This document shows, one piece after another, positions 63,394 to 64,000 of a DNA stretch of 64,000 bases. Source of the stretch: Iphione sp. A-MEVVRFRX5. Its lineage: Eukaryota. Where the stretch lies: assembly GCA_976226885.1 (NCBI GenBank), contig OZ320313.1:100130001-100194000 (forward strand), given 5' to 3'. The translations under genes and the position numbers were made by a program. Positions within the stretch are counted from its first letter, which is position 1. Each line of letters starts with the position of its first letter. The notes under the pieces were generated by a model. That model did no database searches. It had not been told where the DNA came from and saw only the letters and a program-made list of their open reading frames with translations.

Positions 63394-64000
63394 AATTCCT
63401 ATCCCTAATCCTAACCCTCTTTTTGATTTTATAAAGCCAACACTAACCCTAATTTCTTATTTATTTCTCTAAATTTTGGGGGCTTTGCCCCCAAACCCCC
63501 TTGATTACGTCATGGCCGCCATCTTGGATTCGGGGGTAGGCCGCTGAAGTGCATTGTAGGCCCTTGCCATAACATCACTGATATCGCAAGATTAATTCTA
63601 GTGAAACTTCATAAAATAGTTACACTTCCTATATAAAACGTTGACCGAAAGTAGTCCGGCCATGGAGGCTGACATATGTGGCCCTGTGGATTTGCGAGAT
63701 TTAGTATCAATACGCCTCTGTGTCCAGTCAAGCAGAACAGAAGGTTGTAAAATACTATCCCTCCGCCTGATAAGACAGGCGTTGTAGGCGCTTGTTACAC
63801 TACCTATATAAAACGTTGCCCGAAAGTAGTCCGGCCATGGGGGCTGACATGTCATTCTGATGTGATGATTCCAAAATAAATTATTTTTGTTAGGACTTCA
63901 TGCATAATGATATTGTAGGACAAAAGAATGATTATTTATCTACTGTATATATAAAATGCTTAAATTACTAAAAAGTATATGACATATGTGGCCCTACTTT

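Overview
Animal (probably marine invertebrate) genomic DNA: AT-rich, with GT-AG spliceosomal introns and a high density of transposon relics. It is not prokaryotic, and there are no rRNA genes, intact tRNAs or CRISPR arrays. Two protein-coding genes are supported. (1) A six-coding-exon CRP/MLP (CSRP-family) LIM gene on + (28219-35554, 287 aa) with THREE LIM+glycine-rich units. Exon-by-exon comparison indicates the extra unit arose by duplicating exon 2+exon 3, so the middle LIM is a chimera of two ancestral half-domains. (2) An intronless 63-aa single-transmembrane microprotein on - (52787-52978) with strong codon bias. Most of the rest is mobile DNA: several decayed LINEs, three tyrosine-recombinase (DIRS/Ngaro-like) retroelement relics (two with gag joined to the recombinase and no recognisable RT), tRNA-derived SINE heads and many MITEs. 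The TA-flanked MITEs look modular, with the same 31-bp and 63-bp minisatellite cargo in different terminal shells. A GC-rich island at 6.8-7.5 kb carries splice signals and may belong to a third gene that I could not identify. All family assignments come from motif recognition by eye, not database searches.
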